Assembly (NCBI GenBank): GCA_903884535.1
Contig: CAISEZ010000067.1
Span: 358-64,357, forward strand
Reading direction: 5' to 3'
Origin: an uncultured Verrucomicrobia subdivision 3 bacterium
GTDB lineage: Bacteria; Verrucomicrobiota; Verrucomicrobiia; Limisphaerales; UBA11358
Length of the DNA stretch: 64,000 bases
Shown: one piece after another, positions 46,040 through 54,453 of the stretch
How positions within the stretch are numbered: position 1 is the first letter of the stretch
Layout: the number at the start of each line of letters is the position of its first letter
The notes under the pieces: generated by a model
Database searches by the model: none
The model's input: the letters and a program-made list of their open reading frames with translations, nothing else
What the model was told of the DNA's origin: nothing
Position numbers and translations under genes: made by a program

Positions 46040-47223
46040 CGGGTAAAGAATTGTTCATGCACCGCCACGAAGAGGTAATAAGCACCGCAAACAGAAATGG
46101 CCGACGCGCTGTAACGCAGCAACGCCGCACGACCTTGGTCCGACATTTTGTAACGGCTCAAAGCCAGCAGACCGAACAGCGGCAGCACCACCAACTGATG
46201 ACCGGCTTCCACACCGAGACTGAACGCACCCAATGCAATCCAGGTGCCGATGGCCGGCAAACCCGCCATCGCATCGAGCAAGCCGCCCGCAAAGCCAAGC
46301 CCGTGAATCAGGCCGAAACCGAACGCCACCGCCAGCCGAATTCGCGAACGCGCGCGCGCCGGCCAGAGGAGATTTTCCAGCGCGACGAACACGATGCTCA
46401 ACGCAATTACCGGCTCGACAATAAACGCTGGCAGTCGAAAAATGCCAAAGACGCACAGCGCCAGAGTCAGCGTGTGTGCAAAAGTAAATGCCGCGATGAC
46501 CTTGACCATTGCCCAAAAGGTTCTAGTGGCGATGACCAATGCGGAAATGAACAATAGATGGTCCCAACCGGTAAGGATATGCCTGCCGCCGTGCCAGAAA
46601 AATTCGCAAAACGTGCGCCAGCTCTGCGGTTGCGCGACGGCCTCCGATAACCTCGCCGATATTTCCAAGCCGGTCGGAATGATCGCCGGCTTTTGGCAAC
46701 CGAGCAGCCAAGTGGTCGCAGCTTCGTCGCCCGCGCGTTTTGCCCGGACGACATAGCTCACATCCCAGGCGGTGCCAGCGGCATAGGAATGTTCTTTGAG
46801 CATTTCATTTATGATGGTCACTTCGCCGGGCGGCGGGCGGCTCAGCGGATATTCCAATTCAAACTGGTAAAAAGTTTCTTCAGGCTCAGCAAGCGCAGGC
46901 GGGTATGTCAGCTTGATGCCGGTTCCCGCCAAAATATTTGGGCCAACAGAAAAGGTCAGATGTTTCAAAACATATTCACCGTGCTGCTCAAGCGCGCGAT
47001 TCAGAATCGCCGGCTCCAGGTTGGTGGTGGAACCGGCTGGAAGATTTTGCGCCACACAGATTTCTTTCAACGAAACATTCACGGCGACACGCATCAGCGA
47101 CGGCTCGAACTGAATCCACATCGCATCCTGCAAAATCGGATGGGCTGGCGCTGCGAGCACGCATCCAATCCAGATGAGGCAACGAAACAAGCGGGCTTTC
47201 ACGCAGAAAAAATACCTCGGCAA
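46036..47223 (-). CDS. HupE/UreJ_2-type membrane protein with N-terminal periplasmic domain
   Basis: The C-terminal half has HupE/UreJ-like TM helices (GGRHILTGWDHLLFISALV...AFTFAHTLTLAL...FGLIHGLGFAGGL...GVEAGHQLVVL). Its stop overlaps the start of the downstream YHYH gene as ATGA. Confidence 0.75.
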   Translation of the reverse strand: MPRYFFCVKARLFRCLIWIGCVLAAPAHPILQDAMWIQFEPSLMRVAVNVSLKEICVAQNLPAGSTTNLEPAILNRALEQHGEYVLKHLTFSVGPNILAGTGIKLTYPPALAEPEETFYQFELEYPLSRPPPGEVTIINEMLKEHSYAAGTAWDVSYVVRAKRAGDEAATTWLLGCQKPAIIPTGLEISARLSEAVAQPQSWRTFCEFFWHGGRHILTGWDHLLFISALVIATRTFWAMVKVIAAFTFAHTLTLALCVFGIFRLPAFIVEPVIALSIVFVALENLLWPARARSRIRLAVAFGFGLIHGLGFAGGLLDAMAGLPAIGTWIALGAFSLGVEAGHQLVVLPLFGLLALSRYKMSDQGRAALLRYSASAISVCGAYYLFVAVHEQFFTR

Positions 47224-47292
47224 ACCTTAAGAGAACATTAAGTAATTTTTCACCTTCCGAACAAAACTTCGTTGGCTTGCAGCCGTGCAAAA

Positions 47293-48852
47293 TTATTTTT
47301 CCGAGACCGGTGGCTTTGCGGCCTGCCAGCCGGCTTTCCACTCGACCATAAGTTGATTCACCAATGCGGCATTGGCGGGATCTTTGGCGACGTTGAGATT
47401 TTCCTGCGGATCGGTTTGGTGATCGTAAAGTTCGATAGCATCAATCTGCGAATGGTCCTTTTCCGAAACCCACACGGTGAAACGATAACGGTCGGTGCGC
47501 ATCGTGTAACCCATCAGATTAACGCTGTGCGTCGCCATCGCGCTGCGCGGATACTGGCTGAACGCCGCGGTTTTCCACGGACGCTTCGGGTCGTCCAGCA
47601 GCGGCTTCAGGCTCGTGCCTTCGAGAAATTTTGGCAGCGGCAACCCGGCAAGTTCCGCGAGCGTCGGATAAACATCCACAAACTCGACGAGCGCATCGGT
47701 GTGGGCACCGGCGTTTTTCATTCCCGGCATGGAAAGAATCAGTGGCGCGTTCACGTCAATTTCCACGTTGCTGTGCTTGGCCCACGCGTCATGCTCACCA
47801 AGTTTCCAACCGTGGTCACCCCACAAAATAACGATGGTTTTCGTTCGCAAATTCAGCCGGTCCAGTTCCGCGAGCACACGACCCACCTGCGCATCGGTGT
47901 AGCTCACGCAGGCAAAGTAGGCGTGCTTGAGTTGCGTGGCGAGCGCGTCGGGAAGATGTCCAGTCGGGATGCCGTGATACATCCGCATTTCATCGCCTTC
48001 GAGAATGGCATATTCCGGCGCGCCTTTGGGACGGAACGGATTTGGCGCAAGTTGAATTTCTTTCGGGTTATAGAGATCCCAATACTTTTTTGGCGCGACG
48101 AACGGCAAGTGCGGTTTGACAAAACCGACCGCCAGAAAAAACGGTTCTTTTTTTCCGGCAATGTTTTGCAGCGCCGCGACCGCCATGTCGCCCACCTTGC
48201 CGTCGGTGTAATAATTGTCGGGAACATCGGCGCACTCAAAGGCCGGGCCGCGCGTGTTGAGACGATTGGTCGCAATTTCGCCCGCCGCGTAAGGTTCCTT
48301 CTCGCCAGGCAGCGCTGCCTTGCTTTCGCCGTCGCCATCCGGTTCGCCGGCGGGTTTGTGCGCATTGAGCGCTTCATTTTCCGGCAACGCATAGACCGGT
48401 GCTTTGGGATTTTTCCAGGGAACCGACCACGACGGCGGATCGTTGAAACCTCCGTGATAAACCTTGCCCATGCCTTGCACGAAATATCCGTTCTGCTTGA
48501 AGAGTTGCGGCAGCGTAACGACATCGGGCAGCGCTACGCGAAAATGCGTTTTCAAATCCCAAACCTTGGTCGTGTCCGGTCGCGTGCCGGTCAGCAGGCT
48601 GGAGCGAGTCGGAGAACAGACCGCCTGTTGACAATACGCGCGATTGAAAACCATGCCTTGCGCCGCGATGCGGTCAATGTTCGGGCTCTTGATGTAAGTC
48701 TTGTCGTAGCAGCCCAACTCCGGACGCAAATCATCCACGACAATGAAAAGGACATTGGGTTTCATCGCGTTGGTGTCCGCAGCATTCAAAGTCGCAACGA
48801 ACAACAAAAATAAAAAACTCAAACCTGCGCCGACATATTTCTTGGTTTTCAT
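47293..48852 (-). CDS. family S1 sulfatase (iduronate-2-sulfatase-like)
   Basis: A signal peptide, then PNVLFIVVDDLRPELGCYD and the canonical formylglycine motif CSPTRSSLLTG. Confidence 0.9.
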   Translation of the reverse strand: MKTKKYVGAGLSFLFLLFVATLNAADTNAMKPNVLFIVVDDLRPELGCYDKTYIKSPNIDRIAAQGMVFNRAYCQQAVCSPTRSSLLTGTRPDTTKVWDLKTHFRVALPDVVTLPQLFKQNGYFVQGMGKVYHGGFNDPPSWSVPWKNPKAPVYALPENEALNAHKPAGEPDGDGESKAALPGEKEPYAAGEIATNRLNTRGPAFECADVPDNYYTDGKVGDMAVAALQNIAGKKEPFFLAVGFVKPHLPFVAPKKYWDLYNPKEIQLAPNPFRPKGAPEYAILEGDEMRMYHGIPTGHLPDALATQLKHAYFACVSYTDAQVGRVLAELDRLNLRTKTIVILWGDHGWKLGEHDAWAKHSNVEIDVNAPLILSMPGMKNAGAHTDALVEFVDVYPTLAELAGLPLPKFLEGTSLKPLLDDPKRPWKTAAFSQYPRSAMATHSVNLMGYTMRTDRYRFTVWVSEKDHSQIDAIELYDHQTDPQENLNVAKDPANAALVNQLMVEWKAGWQAAKPPVSEK

Positions 48853-48863
48853 ATGTTAACATT

Positions 48864-50102
48864 TCATTTTGAATAATCCGGTAACCAAGCGTTGCCAGAC
48901 ATGACTAGCAAACAGAGCAGATTCACCGAATCTTCAAAATAGCCATCCTTGCGATTTACGCCGTAGGCAAAAGTTTGATCTAGCCAAACCTGATGACCGG
49001 TGCCAACCGCCGCCACACCAGTTGGCGAAATAAAACAGGCCGAATCATAATTGCCACCTAACATGGTGCCATCGAGCCGGTAGCCGGGCTTGAAATTTTC
49101 CGGCTGTTTGGTCCTTGCTGTCACCCAGCGCATCAAACGGCCCAAAAAACGCCGCGCGCGGGCGTCGTCAAGCGTGGCTGCCGACCAACCGATGCGCCAC
49201 GGCACGCGGCAGGAGTTGTAGCTGAAATCACTGTCGTGTTTACTTTCTAAAAATTTCTTCTTCACCGGTTGCCAATGGCCTTTGCTCAAGACGGCAAAGT
49301 CTGGAATAAGTCCCGTGGCGGGCGCGGAGTTGGTTTGCAGTTCATCCAGCACGGCATAACAACGGTCTTCAACTTTCTGCCACAACGCATCGCCAGTGGC
49401 TTTTTCAAAAACATGAAAGTGCGTGGGCATGAAGTCGGATGGCCGCGTCTTTTCCGAATCAGACGATTCCGTATCCCAGTCACCCAGTCGCAGAGAAAAA
49501 TCTGGCCGCACCAGCGTGACGGCGATGTTTTGAATCAAGTTGGTGGCCTCTTGAAAATAAATTGCCTCACCCCATTGCCGGTGCGCCAGCAGCAACGCGA
49601 GCGCCATGTCCAGATCGCCGTCCGTGGCGCAATCGTCGCGCACCACGGCTTCATTGGTGGGAATCTGCCAGCACATCAGTCCCGGATTAATGCACGACGG
49701 ATAGCGTTTGCGGAAACGATTCAAACCATCGAAGCAGGCCTTCGCATTCGTATCGGCGCCGGCCATATAAGCCGTGACCAACATTCCATAACCCATCGCC
49801 TCGGAAACCGTCGTGCCTTTGCCGTCAAAATTGACCTTGTAGTCGCCGTTGATTTTAGCGGACGGCGCAAGGTAATGGCTCTTCCAGTAAAAATAATAAT
49901 CGCTGACAGCAGCGTTCACCTGCACCGGAGTTAGATTTGCTGGATATAAACCGAAAGCTGCAAATGAACCGGCCTGCGGAAAGGGATGAAGTATGCTGGC
50001 GTTGCAATCCGAAACGAAAACCAACCCAAGCACGAGCAACAGCCGACGGACAAACTTGTGAACGCCTGTCATTTCAATATCAGCCTGAACGCACGTTCGC
50101 AT
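48864..50102 (-). CDS. glycoside hydrolase family 8
   Basis: ATDGDLDMALALLLAHRQW fits the GH8 signature A-[ST]-D-[AG]-D-x2-[IM]-A-x-[SA]-[LIVM]-[LIVMG]-x-A-x3-[FW] exactly. The upstream SEAMGYGMLV motif is also present. The alternative start MTGVHKF is at 50072. Confidence 0.85.
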   Translation of the reverse strand: MRTCVQADIEMTGVHKFVRRLLLVLGLVFVSDCNASILHPFPQAGSFAAFGLYPANLTPVQVNAAVSDYYFYWKSHYLAPSAKINGDYKVNFDGKGTTVSEAMGYGMLVTAYMAGADTNAKACFDGLNRFRKRYPSCINPGLMCWQIPTNEAVVRDDCATDGDLDMALALLLAHRQWGEAIYFQEATNLIQNIAVTLVRPDFSLRLGDWDTESSDSEKTRPSDFMPTHFHVFEKATGDALWQKVEDRCYAVLDELQTNSAPATGLIPDFAVLSKGHWQPVKKKFLESKHDSDFSYNSCRVPWRIGWSAATLDDARARRFLGRLMRWVTARTKQPENFKPGYRLDGTMLGGNYDSACFISPTGVAAVGTGHQVWLDQTFAYGVNRKDGYFEDSVNLLCLLVMSGNAWLPDYSK

Positions 50103-50111
50103 CGGTGATTT

Positions 50112-53100
50112 TTATGGAGAGCGGAGCCGATAAAACCGCTGCGCGCTGTTGGTCGCATTCGAGTCGGTAAATTGAAAGAAACCGTTGGAGTTTTGCGTGG
50201 CGACGCCGAGCACCGGCCAATTGATCAACGGAATGGCCAAATTGGTGGTGCCAAGCACAGTCTGGGTGAAATTGGAATTGCCCTTGAACTGAATTTGAAA
50301 TTGGCCCGGCGAACCGACCATTCCAACTGAGCTGATCGTTGGCGGAATTGAGTTGGTCGTCGCCGCTGCACTGGCAAACGAGGCCTGAAAAGTCGCGCCG
50401 GGCGCGCTGCTGACATTCACGGACAGCACGATTTGCGGAGTGAGTTGCACCACGGTCACGCCGGCATCTGCCGACAAAACACTGGAAGCCGCCTGGTTCA
50501 ACGTCACGGTGACCGAACCCGGATTGACTTGCGTGGGGTCGGAAACGCCCACCGAGATACTGTTGGAATTTTGCAACGTGATGACCGAAGCCTGATTGTT
50601 CACTGAAATCAGGTCGGCGGAGTTATTGCCGCTGGTCCAGAAATTCGCCGCCACGACCCCGAGTGACGGCTTGCTCACCGCCTGCACGGTCGAGGTGTTG
50701 GTTAGCACGATGATGTCCGCTGCGGCGGCGTAGTTGCTGACGCTGGCGGCGCTCATGTTTGGGAGGAGGACATAGGCGTAGGTCGCGTTGGCTGGTCGCA
50801 CGCCGTGCTTGAAATACAGTTTCAAATAATTGTCCGTGTAGGTGGCCGAGTCGGAGGCGGTGGGGCGGATGTCCGTCCATTTGCCAGAGTTGGAGGTGAA
50901 GGTGGCGAGCAGATTGTTCGCGCCACCTGGAAAATAGTATCCGCCGACGCCATCAAGCGCACACCAAGAGGCGCTGGTGAGATTAGATCTCCAGCCGATG
51001 TTCGGGGCATTTTGCACGCCGTTGACCCAGAAATTATTCGTAGGCGAAGCGCCCAGCAGTCGGCGGTTTTCTACGGTGGTGTCCACCGCGTTGGGCTCGT
51101 TGCAACTTATTCCTGCCCCGAGGCAAATGATTTCATTGTCCAGCATGAACCAGGATTTTTTGGCGTTCAGGGTGGAGTAAACGCCGTTCGTGCCGAGGGG
51201 GTGCAAGGACATGCCAGCCACGCCGTAAGTATTCGCCACCTGCGCACCGCCAACCCAGTCTTGATCGGTCGTGTTTGGCAAAGCGTTCCAATTCGTCTCG
51301 GAAGTTGTCCCGGGCAGGTGATAATAATCCACGGTGGCCCAGTAGGTGTCGGTAAAGTTGGAGTCTGCGTTGCCCGCGTAAAGATAAGTCATACCGTCGC
51401 CGGTATCCCAGCCCTTCATATTATTGGCCGCGGAAGGGACAACGGTTTCGTTTTCGTAATTCGCAATTCTTGTGGATGACAGGCTCAAACCAAAACCAAA
51501 TCCGCTGCGTAGCGCTACTACGCGGTCCATGTTGTAGTAATGAAACTGCCCCGAAGCCAGTCGCGGCGTGTTCGCAAAGGTATTCAGTGCCGTTGCGACA
51601 TTCGTGTCCGTGGCAAACCCCGCGACGAAGCGGATGTCTGAAACAGCCTGGGCGCCGGCGGTGTATTCCGAGGTCGTTAAATCGCGTCCGCGCACCATGT
51701 CCATCAATGCCCCGTTGTAAATGAACGGCTCAAGATATGTGGCCCAGGCATAAACATTGGCCACGCCCGGATCGGTGATTTCCCACGGCGAGTTGTGTAG
51801 CAGATTCACGAGATTTCCAACCGTCTCCAACTGCACTAGCCCGTATTGGCCGTTGTAAGCCACATTACCGTGAAAAATATACGTGCCATCGCTGTAAAAC
51901 CCATCGCCGGCGGTTACATAAGGAAACGCGCGGCTCAAATTGGTCTGCGCTTCCACAATCTTGCCGTTGTTTTTGCCGAGAGCGCCGCGAACGATGCCCA
52001 CAAGAACAACACTGCTCAAGTTCGCGCCGGTCAATTGCGGCCAGCCGAAAGTCGCGTTGATCATCTTCGCGCTGTCAGGCCCGAAGTTATCCACCGCTGC
52101 GCAGTAATTGGAAATCTGCGTGGCGTTAAGAAACGGATAGAGTTCAACGACGGTGTTATTAAAAGCTTGCGCCCCGGAAATTTCCCAGTGAAACCAGTTG
52201 TCGTAAAAAGACGTTGCGGTTTTTGTGTAAACATTGGTGTTCATCCAATCCAATCCGTTGGCAATCGCGGTCGCCAGCGCGGCATTGGTGTAAAGCGAGC
52301 AGGTCGGCAGCGCATAAGCCAGCGCCATGGATTGCAAGCGCTGGAAGGTGCTGACCATGTTCGCCGAAACCGAACCTAACGGTAGGTCGCTCCACAAATA
52401 AAAACTGCCAGCGGACGGCGATGTGTTTATGGGACTACTACCCATCCAGTATTTGGTGGCGGTGCTAGCGACGCTCGTCGGTGTGGCGGCAGCGTTGAAT
52501 TGGTTGGTCAGCCAGACCAGCCTTAAGACGTCGAAGGGGTCGTAATTCAAGATGGTCAACGACGCGGGCGTGGAGGTCACAGCAACGGAGCAACCGCCAA
52601 AAGCCACGGCGCGATACTGGTAGCCGTTCATGTTGGTTGTGGTAGTGCCGGTGACGTAACTCGCTGTCGTGCCGCCCGTGCCATTGGTTACGTTAAGCCA
52701 GGTGAGACCGCCGTTCGCGCTGAACTGCCATTGGTAGGAAGCCGTGTTGATGGCGGTCAGGCTGAAGGTTGGCGTGAAACCAAAGCCAGTGATGACATTG
52801 ACGGGTGGAGTAATGACGTAGGCCAGATTGCTGCTGGGAGTTGCGACGTTGCTGTCAATCGACTTGGCGCTCTCACCGCCGCACGCCGCCACGGCGGTGA
52901 CCGCATAGACGTAATTGCTACCGTTAATCGCCGTCAAATCTGAGTAGCCGGTCGTGAAGCTATTTCCAATCGGCGTTCCATACGAACCGCCGTTCAGCTT
53001 CCGATATACGTTATAGTTGGCTGCGCCCGCGACGGAATTCCAACTCAAGGTCACCGGGCTGCAAACCGGAGTATTGGCCGCGACACCTGATGGCGCAGTA

Positions 53101-54440
53101 GAAGGCGGCGTGCAATCACCGAGCGCAAAATCGGATGACGCCGTCAAACTGATTCCCGCCGCAGAATAATTCGGCGCGGCAAATGTCGTCGGATATATGT
53201 TCGTGCTGCTTCCGTTGTAAGCCAGCAACACCGCTGAGTTCGCTGGAACATAGCCCGTGCCGTCCAAAGTCAAAGTAGCAACGTTGCCACTGCCCACCGA
53301 ACTCGCGACCGTCCAGTTGCGATTAGTGAACAGCGGCACTCCGGCTACGTTTGCGCTAAGCGAACTTGGCTCATGCGGCGTGACAGTGATGCTCGGCGTT
53401 CCGCTCAAGGTCGTGAGGTTCAGCGAAACCGGCCGGTAGTTGCCATTCGTGCCGATGGGATATGTTTTGGAAACGGCCGTGGAAAAGATTTGCGCCAGCG
53501 GTCCGCTGATGAATGTATTTGAAGTCGCGCCAAGAATTGCGCCCGCTGTTCCCATCGTCAGCAGATTCGCCGAGGTCGTTTTGAGAACGCCCGTGCTTAG
53601 GGTGAGATTTCCATTCACGGTGCAAGGTGCGCTCATTGTCACACCTGCCGCGTTGCTGATGGTTAAGTTATTGACCGCTGAAGGCAGCCCGGCAGTGACC
53701 TGCGCGGTGCTGCCGTTGAAAACAAAATTCGCCGTCGCATTCAGCGTCGGCGCGGTGACGTAATTCAGCATCGGCGTCGCCGAACCGCTGACAAAGATTC
53801 CATTTGGATTCGCGGTCTTGAGCGTTGCGCCTGAACCGAGAACGAAGGTGTTGTTAGCGTTGCCGTTGGCGTTGATGACTTGCGTGCCTGCGATCAAAGT
53901 TCCGTTCACCGTTAATTGCGTCGTGCCAGTGCCGCTCTTAAATTTGATCCCCGTGGTCAGCCCGGAAACGTCCAGCGTCACCCCGTTGGTCACGATCACG
54001 TAAAATTTTCCAGCCGAAGTGTCTCCTGATCCCGTCCAAGTCGCGTTGCCGGATGCAAAGGTGATTTTTGTCCCCGATGAACCTCCGTTGGCGAAGCCCG
54101 CGCTGCCGCTGTTGGAGTTGACCAAGTTGCCGTAAATATTAAGCGTGCTTTGACCTGAAGTAGTGACGTTCTCCAGCGCCCCGCCAGCATCAATAGTCAA
54201 ACCGCCGCACGAGACGGTGGTGGACGCATTTGTATCCACCACGACCACCGCGCCACTTCTGATTTCCACCGTATCGTTCGGGCCGGGTAATCCGTTAGGT
54301 GACCAAGTTGTCGCGGAACTCCAATTCGCTACTCCGTTATTTGTGGCTATGTAGGCGGTCGCTGAGGCACGCTGTGGAATCAGGCTTAATGCCGCCACTA
54401 AAACGCACGCCGTCGCAAAACGTTGAAGGAAGATAGACAT
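50112..54440 (-). CDS. large secreted polysaccharide lyase family 8-like enzyme with N-terminal beta-helix-type repeats, Fn3/Ig-like domains and FYRL C-terminal module
   Basis: The N-terminal ~450 aa consist of Gly/Thr/Asn-rich beta-strand repeats. Fn3-like (LSWNSVAGAANYNVYR) and Ig-like segments follow. The PL8-type core has DNWFHWEISGAQ and FYSDGTYIFHGNVAYNGQYG, comparable to the NWW..EIG and DGS.I.H....YTG.YG motifs of hyaluronate/chondroitin/xanthan lyases. The tail is ...AQRFYRLRSP. Confidence 0.75.
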   Translation of the reverse strand: MSIFLQRFATACVLVAALSLIPQRASATAYIATNNGVANWSSATTWSPNGLPGPNDTVEIRSGAVVVVDTNASTTVSCGGLTIDAGGALENVTTSGQSTLNIYGNLVNSNSGSAGFANGGSSGTKITFASGNATWTGSGDTSAGKFYVIVTNGVTLDVSGLTTGIKFKSGTGTTQLTVNGTLIAGTQVINANGNANNTFVLGSGATLKTANPNGIFVSGSATPMLNYVTAPTLNATANFVFNGSTAQVTAGLPSAVNNLTISNAAGVTMSAPCTVNGNLTLSTGVLKTTSANLLTMGTAGAILGATSNTFISGPLAQIFSTAVSKTYPIGTNGNYRPVSLNLTTLSGTPSITVTPHEPSSLSANVAGVPLFTNRNWTVASSVGSGNVATLTLDGTGYVPANSAVLLAYNGSSTNIYPTTFAAPNYSAAGISLTASSDFALGDCTPPSTAPSGVAANTPVCSPVTLSWNSVAGAANYNVYRKLNGGSYGTPIGNSFTTGYSDLTAINGSNYVYAVTAVAACGGESAKSIDSNVATPSSNLAYVITPPVNVITGFGFTPTFSLTAINTASYQWQFSANGGLTWLNVTNGTGGTTASYVTGTTTTNMNGYQYRAVAFGGCSVAVTSTPASLTILNYDPFDVLRLVWLTNQFNAAATPTSVASTATKYWMGSSPINTSPSAGSFYLWSDLPLGSVSANMVSTFQRLQSMALAYALPTCSLYTNAALATAIANGLDWMNTNVYTKTATSFYDNWFHWEISGAQAFNNTVVELYPFLNATQISNYCAAVDNFGPDSAKMINATFGWPQLTGANLSSVVLVGIVRGALGKNNGKIVEAQTNLSRAFPYVTAGDGFYSDGTYIFHGNVAYNGQYGLVQLETVGNLVNLLHNSPWEITDPGVANVYAWATYLEPFIYNGALMDMVRGRDLTTSEYTAGAQAVSDIRFVAGFATDTNVATALNTFANTPRLASGQFHYYNMDRVVALRSGFGFGLSLSSTRIANYENETVVPSAANNMKGWDTGDGMTYLYAGNADSNFTDTYWATVDYYHLPGTTSETNWNALPNTTDQDWVGGAQVANTYGVAGMSLHPLGTNGVYSTLNAKKSWFMLDNEIICLGAGISCNEPNAVDTTVENRRLLGASPTNNFWVNGVQNAPNIGWRSNLTSASWCALDGVGGYYFPGGANNLLATFTSNSGKWTDIRPTASDSATYTDNYLKLYFKHGVRPANATYAYVLLPNMSAASVSNYAAAADIIVLTNTSTVQAVSKPSLGVVAANFWTSGNNSADLISVNNQASVITLQNSNSISVGVSDPTQVNPGSVTVTLNQAASSVLSADAGVTVVQLTPQIVLSVNVSSAPGATFQASFASAAATTNSIPPTISSVGMVGSPGQFQIQFKGNSNFTQTVLGTTNLAIPLINWPVLGVATQNSNGFFQFTDSNATNSAQRFYRLRSP

Positions 54441-54453
54441 TTGTTTGCGGAAA

